Assembly (NCBI GenBank): GCA_001805445.1
Contig: MHGF01000036.1
Coordinates: forward strand, 96,010-155,821
From: Omnitrophica WOR_2 bacterium GWF2_43_52
GTDB taxonomy: Bacteria; Omnitrophota; Gorgyraeia; Gygaellales; UBA12090
Direction: 5' to 3'
Length of the DNA stretch: 59,812 bases
The notes beneath the pieces are model-generated. The model was not told the DNA's origin, searched no databases, and saw nothing but the letters and a program-made list of their open reading frames with translations. Shown piece by piece: positions 52,853 through 59,812 of this stretch. Made by a program: the position numbers and the translations under genes. The first letter of the stretch is position 1; every line of letters starts with the position of its first letter.

Positions 52853-53725
52853 ATGAGTTATTTCAAGATATTAGGATTTCAAAAGGAACCCTTCTCGACA
52901 AGCCCTGATCCCGAATTTTTTTATTTGTCAAAAGAGCATGAGGTCTCACTTAACAATATCCTCATAGAGCTTCGCCTTAAAAGGGGGCTTTCGGTTATTT
53001 TGGGTGATGTGGGTACGGGCAAGACCAGCCTCTCCCGTAAGCTTATTCAGGAGTTAAAGCAAAGGAATGATTTTATCTTTCACATGATTTTGGACCCATC
53101 ATTTGAAAATGAGTATTCTCTCCTTGTCTCATTGGCAAAAAATTTTGAGATTGCCGGTAATAGAATAGATACCAGCCTTTCGGTTGTTGACCTCAAAGAG
53201 TCGTTAGAACGTTTTCTTTTTCAAAAAGGCGTCAGTGAAGAAAAGACTGTGGTGTTGGTAATTGACGAGGCGCAGAAATTAAATGACGCTTCCCTTGAGG
53301 CGCTGAGGGTCCTTCTGAATTATGAGACTAATGAGTTTAAGCTTTTACAGCTGGTACTCTTAGGGCAGCTTGAGCTGCATTCAAAGATACTGTCAATACC
53401 GAATTTTTTTGACCGCATCAGTTTTAAATATACGCTGAATCCCTTAGGTTTTGAAGAAACCAAGGAGATGATAGAATTCCGTATGCGCCAGGCAGGGTAT
53501 ACCTCAAGCATGTATTTATTTCTCGATGAAGCGATACGGGAAATCCATCAGTATACGCGGGGTTATCCCCGGCAGATTATGATGCTCTGTCACCGGGCAT
53601 TAAAGGCGTTAGTCTTAAAGAATAAATTCGCCGTTGATCTGCGGTTAGTCCGCGAACTTATCGAAGATGAGGTAAGGACAGGCTGGCACAGAAAAGACCT
53701 GCTCTTGCAAAAAAATAGTTATTAA
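52853..53725 (+). CDS. ExeA/GspA/MshM-like AAA ATPase, paralog 3
   Basis: 290 aa. EPFSTSPDPEFFYLSKEHE, Walker A GDVGTGKT, Walker B VLVIDEAQ, RGYPRQIMMLCH. Confidence 0.75.
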   Translation: MSYFKILGFQKEPFSTSPDPEFFYLSKEHEVSLNNILIELRLKRGLSVILGDVGTGKTSLSRKLIQELKQRNDFIFHMILDPSFENEYSLLVSLAKNFEIAGNRIDTSLSVVDLKESLERFLFQKGVSEEKTVVLVIDEAQKLNDASLEALRVLLNYETNEFKLLQLVLLGQLELHSKILSIPNFFDRISFKYTLNPLGFEETKEMIEFRMRQAGYTSSMYLFLDEAIREIHQYTRGYPRQIMMLCHRALKALVLKNKFAVDLRLVRELIEDEVRTGWHRKDLLLQKNSY

Positions 53726-53727
53726 CC

Positions 53728-55245
53728 ATGGCAACTCTAAATTCTTTCGGTGTTAGGAAAACTAACCGCGCGATATTTTTTACTGTCATACTCTGGATTG
53801 TGGCGCTGGGGGCGGGTTTCTATTTTTACGCCAGGAAAGAGAGAAGTAATCTTGTACGGGAATTGGAGCTTGTAACCAAACAGAAAAACGCGCTCAATTA
53901 TCAGCGCGATGAGGTGATGAAAGCTGTCGCGCCTTTAAAAAAAGAGATAGAGCATCTGCAGACAGTTATTTTAAAAGAAAAACGCGTTCATGAATCTCAG
54001 CCAACGCAGCCGGCTGGCACTCCCCCCGCGGCTTTAAAAATAGAGAAGAGTGCTTCAGAGGAAAAAGTCAATAAGCCGCTTCCCGAGAGTAATCCCACAG
54101 CCAAGGATAGGATTTTAGATACCGAAAAAGGGTTAACCCGCCTGAAGGAGTATGTGAAAAGCCTGGAGGAGGAGAAGGCTTCTTTAAAGGAAAAGGCCTA
54201 TCACCTTAAACTCAAGCTTGATGAAAAAGAAAGAGAAGTAGGCATATTGAGTAGCGATAATACAGGACTCAAGGATAGTTTTCCCAAGGTTCTCCAGGCT
54301 AAAAATAAGCTGGAGGCAGAGTTTGCCACGGCTGCCGATAGCCTCGAAAAGGTAAAAAATGAGCTTTCCCAAAAGGAGCAGCAGGTTGCTTCATTAGGCA
54401 AGGCAAAACAGGTTTTAGAAAATAAGGTTGATGAATTAAATGATAAGCTGGCGGTGTTTTCTAATACCACGACGGATTTAGAAAGGCAGCTTGCGCATTA
54501 CCGGCAAGAAAAGTCTTTTTTGGAGAAAGAGCTGCTTAAGGCAAAAGAAGAGCTCTTGAAGCAAAATGATTCTGCTGAGCCTTGGGCCAAAAAAAATGCC
54601 GGGCTTACCGAGGCTTTAGAGGTTAAAGAAAAACAGGTGAAAAGTATTTCAGAAGAACTTTCGCAGGTAAAAGAATCAAAAAGGAATTTGGAAGTAGAGC
54701 TTGGTGAATTGAAGCTTGCCAAGATTGCCAATGAAAATCAGATCAGCCAGTTGAACGCGCGGGTCAGTGAATCAACGCTTTCCTATGACAATCTTAAAAG
54801 TACGGTGAGCCAGTTGTCTAACCTTCTGACCAAAAAAGAGGTTGAAATAAGCGAGAGACAGAGAGAAATAGCTCTTATGAAGGAACAGCTTGACAATCTT
54901 GTGAAGGAAAAAAACACGTTACTGGCAGCCTTGGATGAGAAAGAAAAGGCGGCAAACAGCTTGAATGCTTCGTTAAGCCGTATGGGTTCTCAGGTTGTTA
55001 TTTTGCAAGAGCAATTGGCCGCGCCCAACAGGCTGCAATCAAAAACCTTGGAGCAGCTTGACCAATTGACTACCGTAAGCAACTTTCTTCAGGAAAGGAT
55101 TTCGGGAATATCCAAGGAATTAGATACCATCCATACGCAGGCTGACCTGGATAAGCAAAAAGCAGAGGACCTGCGTAAAAAGGTTGAACTTACCTTAGAT
55201 ATTGATAGAGAGGATGGAGATGCCTCGCCTTTTGATAGTAAGTAA
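53728..55245 (+). CDS. Membrane-anchored long coiled-coil protein
   Basis: 505 aa. One N-terminal TM segment (AIFFTVILWIVALGAGFYFYA), then an uninterrupted heptad-rich E/K/L/Q sequence. Starts 3 nt after the ExeA-like gene. Confidence 0.7.
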   Translation: MATLNSFGVRKTNRAIFFTVILWIVALGAGFYFYARKERSNLVRELELVTKQKNALNYQRDEVMKAVAPLKKEIEHLQTVILKEKRVHESQPTQPAGTPPAALKIEKSASEEKVNKPLPESNPTAKDRILDTEKGLTRLKEYVKSLEEEKASLKEKAYHLKLKLDEKEREVGILSSDNTGLKDSFPKVLQAKNKLEAEFATAADSLEKVKNELSQKEQQVASLGKAKQVLENKVDELNDKLAVFSNTTTDLERQLAHYRQEKSFLEKELLKAKEELLKQNDSAEPWAKKNAGLTEALEVKEKQVKSISEELSQVKESKRNLEVELGELKLAKIANENQISQLNARVSESTLSYDNLKSTVSQLSNLLTKKEVEISERQREIALMKEQLDNLVKEKNTLLAALDEKEKAANSLNASLSRMGSQVVILQEQLAAPNRLQSKTLEQLDQLTTVSNFLQERISGISKELDTIHTQADLDKQKAEDLRKKVELTLDIDREDGDASPFDSK

Positions 55246-55246
55246 A

Positions 55247-55271
55247 CCCCGTTAGAAAGGACGGGGCTTTT
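55247..55271 (+). terminator. Rho-independent terminator-like hairpin CCCCGT-8 nt-ACGGGG followed by CTTTT
   Basis: Read directly, immediately after the stop at 55245. Confidence 0.6.
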
Positions 55272-55314
55272 ACACCGCTCTTTCTATAAGGAATTAAGCT
55301 TTCATATCTTTCAT

Positions 55315-55340
55315 CCCCGCCATAAATGGCGGGGCTTTCT
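55315..55340 (+). terminator. Second terminator-like hairpin CCCCGCCA-TAAA-TGGCGGGG followed by CTTTCT
   Basis: Read directly. 8-bp perfect stem. Confidence 0.55.
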
Positions 55341-55451
55341 GACGGGGTAAAAAAAAGAATGTTTGCCAGCAGGGTTAAAACGAAGTGTTGAGTGTATTCT
55401 GTTAACCAAGAGTCCGGAGTATTCTTCAAGGATTGACTTTATAGATGCAGT

Positions 55452-56138
55452 ATGTTGCCAAAGAAGCCGCTTACCCCAGAGAAACAATTATTGAAGCTGA
55501 TAGAAGATCCGGTTGCTAAAGATACTGTATCTTTAGCTGCTCTTAAGCATCATGGCTTAAGCTTTTTTTCCATTCCCGCGTGGATAGCGAGAGTTGCTTA
55601 CCTTAACGGCAGGTTTCTTAAATGGCTGAAAGATTCAAAGCCTCGCCGCATTGATAGTAAAGCCATTAATATTATTTTGTTTGGTTTCGTGTGTTTCTTA
55701 GGGGTTAGTTTCATAATCACTATAAGTGTTTCAATCCTAAACCAGAAGAAAATCCCTGAGCTAACACTGCAGGCATCAAGCGCCATAAAGCAACTGGAGG
55801 GTTTTGGAGAAAAAACAGCACGCGGAAAATCCGTGGCGTATTATTTGGAAAAGGTATCGGCACGAGATATTTTTAAGATGGGGCCCAAAAAAACCGAAAC
55901 TGCCCTTGTGCCGGAGAAAACCGGTGGTTCTCTCGCAAAGATTCTTGAGGCAACAGCTCATTTAAAACTCGTAGGGATTTCATGGTCAAGCGATCCTGAC
56001 GCGATGATAGAAGACACGAAAGCGCTCAAGACTTTTTTTGTAAAGCGGGGGCAGATGATAGATAATGTCAAGGTCCAGGCGATTTTTAAGGATAAAGTGG
56101 TTTTGAGTTATGCCGGAGAAGAGATCGAACTAAAATGA
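55452..56138 (+). CDS. GspC/PilP-like secretin-associated protein
   Basis: 228 aa with one TM segment (IILFGFVCFLGVSFIITISVSIL). The C-terminal LKLVGISWSSDPDAMIEDTKALKTFFVKRGQMIDNVKVQAIFKDKVVLSYAGEEIEL resembles the HR/PilP beta-domain. ATGA overlap with the secretin gene. Confidence 0.45.
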   Translation: MLPKKPLTPEKQLLKLIEDPVAKDTVSLAALKHHGLSFFSIPAWIARVAYLNGRFLKWLKDSKPRRIDSKAINIILFGFVCFLGVSFIITISVSILNQKKIPELTLQASSAIKQLEGFGEKTARGKSVAYYLEKVSARDIFKMGPKKTETALVPEKTGGSLAKILEATAHLKLVGISWSSDPDAMIEDTKALKTFFVKRGQMIDNVKVQAIFKDKVVLSYAGEEIELK

Positions 56139-58141
56139 AAGAATACAGGCGGGGGTTCGTTTTTTACTTTTTATTAAGCTGTTTGGCGGCTGGCCGAATA
56201 GAGGCGGAGGATACGCTTATCCAGACAGCTCAGGCGACAGTCGTCAGTAAACAGCCTATGGCTGCAGCCGGCCCCCTGCAGGGTAAAATCAGTTTAGACC
56301 TGCGCAATATTGATGCCGTTGATGCCATTAAATTCCTGGCGATGAAAGCGGGATTGAATATCGTTGTCACCAAGAGTGTTGCCGGCAGGGTGAGCCTGAC
56401 GGTTGAAAATGTCAATGTGAAGGATGTCTTTGACATCATGTTGCGGTTAAATAATCTCGCGTATGACACCAAAGGCGATATCTACAGCATTATGACTGAA
56501 GACGAATATAGAGTGCTCTACGGCAAGAAATTTTCCGATACCCGCCATGTGAAGGTATTTCGCCTTAATTACGCGATTCCCGAACAGGCATTTAATCTTT
56601 TGGACGCGGTAAAAAGCGGGATCGGCCGTTTGCTGGTTGATGCGGAATCAGGCACGGTGATGATGATGGATACGCAAGAAAAGATTGAGGAGGCAGAAGG
56701 TATACTGGGAAATTTGGAGCAGAAAAATACCGTTAAGATAATAGGCTTGAAATACGCTAAGGCTAAGGATGTTGAGGAGCAGCTTAAGGCACAGCTTGAC
56801 ATAAAAAAAGTGGGGACCATAAAATCAGATGAGCGTACCAATCAGATAATTGTCCAGACGCTTCCTGAAAGGATGAAAAATATCGAAGAGCTGGTAAAAG
56901 GGCTGGATAAAAAGACGCGGGCGGTTTTGGTAGATACCAAGATACTCAAGATTAAATTTACCAATCAGTTAGACAGCGGTATTGAATGGGAAGGGCTTTT
57001 CAGCTTGGCCCAAACCCATGGCTTGACGTATTTAGGCTCGTATCCTTTCAGCCTTATTCAGAAATCAACCGCCGCCTGGCAATCGAGGCAGCAGGTCCTC
57101 AGTTCCCTGGGTGATAGTGTCGGCTCGTATCCTTTTAGCGGGACCGCGGTAGATAGTGTTGTGGGTTCAAAAGTAAAGCCCGGAGAGGCGATGCATGTGG
57201 GAGTTATTAATGGTAAGCGCGATTTTGATGTATTGATAAAATATCTGCAGACATTTGGGAAAACCAAAATCCTCGCTAATCCGACGTTAACCGTGGTTGA
57301 TAATCATGAGGCAAAGGTGCATGTAGGGGAGCGCCGGGCCTATGTTACCACGACAACGACCGCGGGGACCACGACCAAGACTACTGCTGAGGAAGTAACC
57401 TATGTTGACATAGGGGTGCAGCTTACCATTACGCCGACTATTAATGAGGATGGGTATGTCACGATGAAAGTAAAGCCTGAGATAAGCAGTGTCATAGGAA
57501 ATGTGGAGAGCTCCGAAGGCAATCTCATTCCTATTATTGATACGACGACTGCCGAAACTATGGTGATGACTAAAGACGGCTCTACGGTAATTATCGGAGG
57601 CCTGGGAAAGGAAGAAAAGAGCGAAAGCTCACGGCAGGTCCCGGTATTGGGGGATATCCCTTTTCTAGGGAATTTATTCCGGTCAAAAACCCAGCTTACT
57701 GAACGCACCGAATTATTGATTTTGCTCACACCGATTATTTATGACGGGGATAAGCTTATTACGCCGCAGGATAAGGATTCGGAAAAATTCGGGGTTAAAG
57801 AGTTTAAGAAATTTGATGTGTTTAAAAAAGAGTATCCTATAGAAATCCCTGAGCCGATTAAGCCCATGCGCCAGGATGCGAGTAGTGATAATCAACCGGA
57901 AGAAAGCCCGGAAGAAGGTAAGGAAGATGGCGGCTTGAATCAGGCGGTAACTATTAAAGAAAATGATGGGGAAGCAGCCTCCGGGCACTTAGTTCCCAAG
58001 GGGCTTAAGGTTTACGGTTTGGATGAGGTTAAGGTTGACCATATAAGCTCTGAGGCTTTGGTGGCGGCTCAGGATACTAACGATGCCATCCCTCAAGACT
58101 TATCCCTGAAGGGGTTTCGGGCATATAGCGATCCTCGTTAA
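56135..58141 (+). CDS. Secretin (PilQ/GspD/MshL family) with an acidic C-terminal extension
   Basis: 668 aa with a signal peptide. N0-like ISLDLRNIDAVDAIKFLAMKAGLNIVV, two Secretin_N-like repeats, and a secretin core ILANPTLTVVDNHEAKVHVG...VPVLGDIPFLGNLFRSKT...ELLILLTPII. Confidence 0.9.
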   Translation: MKEYRRGFVFYFLLSCLAAGRIEAEDTLIQTAQATVVSKQPMAAAGPLQGKISLDLRNIDAVDAIKFLAMKAGLNIVVTKSVAGRVSLTVENVNVKDVFDIMLRLNNLAYDTKGDIYSIMTEDEYRVLYGKKFSDTRHVKVFRLNYAIPEQAFNLLDAVKSGIGRLLVDAESGTVMMMDTQEKIEEAEGILGNLEQKNTVKIIGLKYAKAKDVEEQLKAQLDIKKVGTIKSDERTNQIIVQTLPERMKNIEELVKGLDKKTRAVLVDTKILKIKFTNQLDSGIEWEGLFSLAQTHGLTYLGSYPFSLIQKSTAAWQSRQQVLSSLGDSVGSYPFSGTAVDSVVGSKVKPGEAMHVGVINGKRDFDVLIKYLQTFGKTKILANPTLTVVDNHEAKVHVGERRAYVTTTTTAGTTTKTTAEEVTYVDIGVQLTITPTINEDGYVTMKVKPEISSVIGNVESSEGNLIPIIDTTTAETMVMTKDGSTVIIGGLGKEEKSESSRQVPVLGDIPFLGNLFRSKTQLTERTELLILLTPIIYDGDKLITPQDKDSEKFGVKEFKKFDVFKKEYPIEIPEPIKPMRQDASSDNQPEESPEEGKEDGGLNQAVTIKENDGEAASGHLVPKGLKVYGLDEVKVDHISSEALVAAQDTNDAIPQDLSLKGFRAYSDPR

Positions 58142-58188
58142 GAAGCAGGACGCTAAGTTCAACAAGAGAGCGGGAATCAGACAAGGTA

Positions 58189-59812
58189 TGAAAAAAAAGT
58201 TTTTTCATCATACGGCGTGGGTTGTACTTTTAATTACCGGTATTCCTTCTTTTGCTTTTTGTGAAGAGGCTATTTTTGATGACGAGTTAAGCAGTTTTGT
58301 CAAAGATTTTAATACCTTAAAAGAAGAATTGGTAACCACGAGGCAGGCATACCAGAAATTACAGGAAAACTATAATGCCACGTTAAAGGATCGCGACACA
58401 ACGCTTATTCAGTTGCGGCAATTACAAAAAGAAAAAGCCGCGGCGGAATTGCAGCTTAAGGAACTGCAGATAAAAATGCTCACCCTTGACTCTAAAGGCA
58501 GGGAACTTTCAGGGTCGCTAGAAACTAAAGAAAAGTCGTTGGGGGAAATAACCCAGTACTATCAGCAGGCACTAACTAAAAGCAAAGAATATGAAGCAAA
58601 GGTCACCGGGTTACAGAATGAAAAAACAGCCTTGCAGGCTGAAGTAAATAAACTTAAGAGCCAGCAGGCAAGCTGGGAGGGCCAGAGTAAAGAGCTTACG
58701 GGTTCACTGCAGCAATTGACCGGCAGTATTCAGGATAAAGAGAAATTGATCGCGGAACTAAAGCAGTCACAGGCAGAGTTATTAAAGAAGCAGCATGAGG
58801 CTCAGCTAAAACTACAGGATTATGAAATTATCCGTAACAAACTGCAAGGGCTTGAGAATGAAAAAGCGTCATTGCAGATAGAGGTAAGTAAGTTTAAAAG
58901 CCAGCAGGCAAGCTGGGAGGGCCAGAGTAAGGAGCTTACGGGTTCTCTGCAGCAATTGACCGGCAGTATTCAGGATAAAGAGAAATTGATAGCTGAACTA
59001 CGGCAGTCACAGGCAGAGCTGTTAAAGAAGCAACAGGATGCCCAGGGAAAGATCCAAGATTTTGAGGTAAAATTTACTTCGTTAGAGCAGCTTCAGAAAG
59101 ATAAAGCTACTGTAGAATCACAGCTTGACGTTGTCGAGCAGAAGGCTAAGGAATTGAAAGAAACCTTGGAGGTAAGAGAAAAAGCTTCACAGGAGTTAAA
59201 TAAGCAATACCAGGAAATAACCAGCCGCCTGAAAGAGTATGAAGGAAAGTCCGCGCAGCTTGAGAATGAAAAAGCGTCATTGCAGATAGAGGTAAATAAG
59301 TTTAAGAGCCAGCAGTCAAGCTGGCAGGGCCAGAGTAAAGAGCTTACGGGTTCTCTGCAGCAATTGACCGGCAATATTCAGGACAAAGAGAAAGTGATCG
59401 CGGAGCTGCGGCAGTCACAGGCAGAGCTGTTAAAAAAGCAGCAAGAGGCCCAGGGAAAGATCCAAGATTTTGAGGCAAGGTTTACTTTGTTAGAGCAGCT
59501 GCAGAAAGATAAAGCCGCTGTAGAATCACAGCTTGACGATGTCGTACAGAAGGCCAAAGAATTGAAAGAAACCTTGGAGGTAAGAGAAAAAGCTTCACAG
59601 GAGTTAAATAAGCAATACCAGGAAATAACTAGCCGGGCAAAAGAATATGAAATAAAGTTAGCGCAGCTTGAGAATGAAAAGGCGTCATTACAGCTAGAGG
59701 TGAATAAGTTTAAGAGCCAGCAGGCAAGCTGGCAGGGCCAGAGTAAGGAGCTTACGGGTTCTCTGCAGCAATTGACCGGGAGTATTCAGGATAAAGAGAA
59801 AGTGATCGCGGA
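58189..59812 (+). CDS. Exported coiled-coil repeat protein, 3'-truncated by the window end (not in the supplied track)
   Basis: ATG at 58189, open to the window end (541 codons translated by hand). Signal-like MKKKFFHHTAWVVLLITGIPSFAFC, then Q/E/K/L-rich coiled coil with repeated LENEKASLQIEVNKFKSQQASWEGQSKELTGSLQQLTGSIQDKEK. Confidence 0.78.
58611..59812 (+). repeat. In-frame tandem DNA repeats: one 240-bp unit, then 408-bp units (58851, 59259, 59667...)
   Basis: The landmark AGCCAGCAGGCAAGCTGG recurs at 58659, 58899, 59307 and 59715 (spacing 240, 408, 408). Units differ by scattered substitutions only. Confidence 0.9.

Noticed and set aside
52853-58141. Complete type II secretion or type IV pilus operon.
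   Set aside because: Only the secretin, a GspC/PilP-like protein and an ExeA-like ATPase are present. No GspE/PilB-type hexameric ATPase, platform protein, prepilin peptidase or pilin genes are visible. The system type is therefore left open.

Overview
This 59.8-kb window is coded almost entirely on the plus strand; only an ABC-2 exporter pair lies on the minus strand. I saw no rRNA, tRNA, CRISPR array, transposase or integrase. Gene content (secretin, Wza/Wzc-type export, GT9 heptosyltransferase-like genes) suggests a diderm bacterium, and the repeat style suggests an uncultivated lineage. The taxon cannot be established from the sequence alone.

Gene order:
1. 108-4352: a GNAT gene, then an acyl-CoA dehydrogenase/EtfB/ferredoxin-fused EtfA operon with a stand-alone receiver gene embedded in it.
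2. 4427-7303: UDP-glucuronate decarboxylase-like gene, PAS histidine kinase and a receiver.
3. 7439-9429: ExeA/GspA-like AAA ATPase paired with a degenerate HD-GYP-like protein.
4. 9439-19034: a compact RiPP-like cassette, the most interesting region. It holds two PqqD-like proteins, an S26-peptidase-GNAT fusion, a B12-type radical SAM, a UPF0489-like/TPR protein and a radical SAM/SPASM enzyme. It also holds a 57-aa Cys-containing ORF absent from the supplied ORF track, an HPr-kinase-like P-loop protein, a nucleotidyltransferase and a convergent ABC-2 exporter.
5. 19254-51572: a roughly 32-kb surface-glycan locus. It has Wza/Wzc/Wzy-like/Wzx genes, about 12 glycosyltransferase domains, 7 methyltransferase domains, and DegT, WbqC, PIG-L and WecA-like genes. 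A GxxExxY cassette and a second ExeA paralog interrupt it.
6. 51730-59812: a receiver, a 733-nt non-coding gap, then a third ExeA paralog, a TM coiled-coil protein, a GspC/PilP-like protein, a secretin and a truncated coiled-coil gene built from near-identical 408-bp tandem repeats.

Short palindromic elements and periodic 7-8-nt 'word' repeats are scattered throughout. Three of the palindromic elements sit in frame inside otherwise conserved enzymes.

All functional calls rest on motif recognition in the supplied translations. No database search was run.
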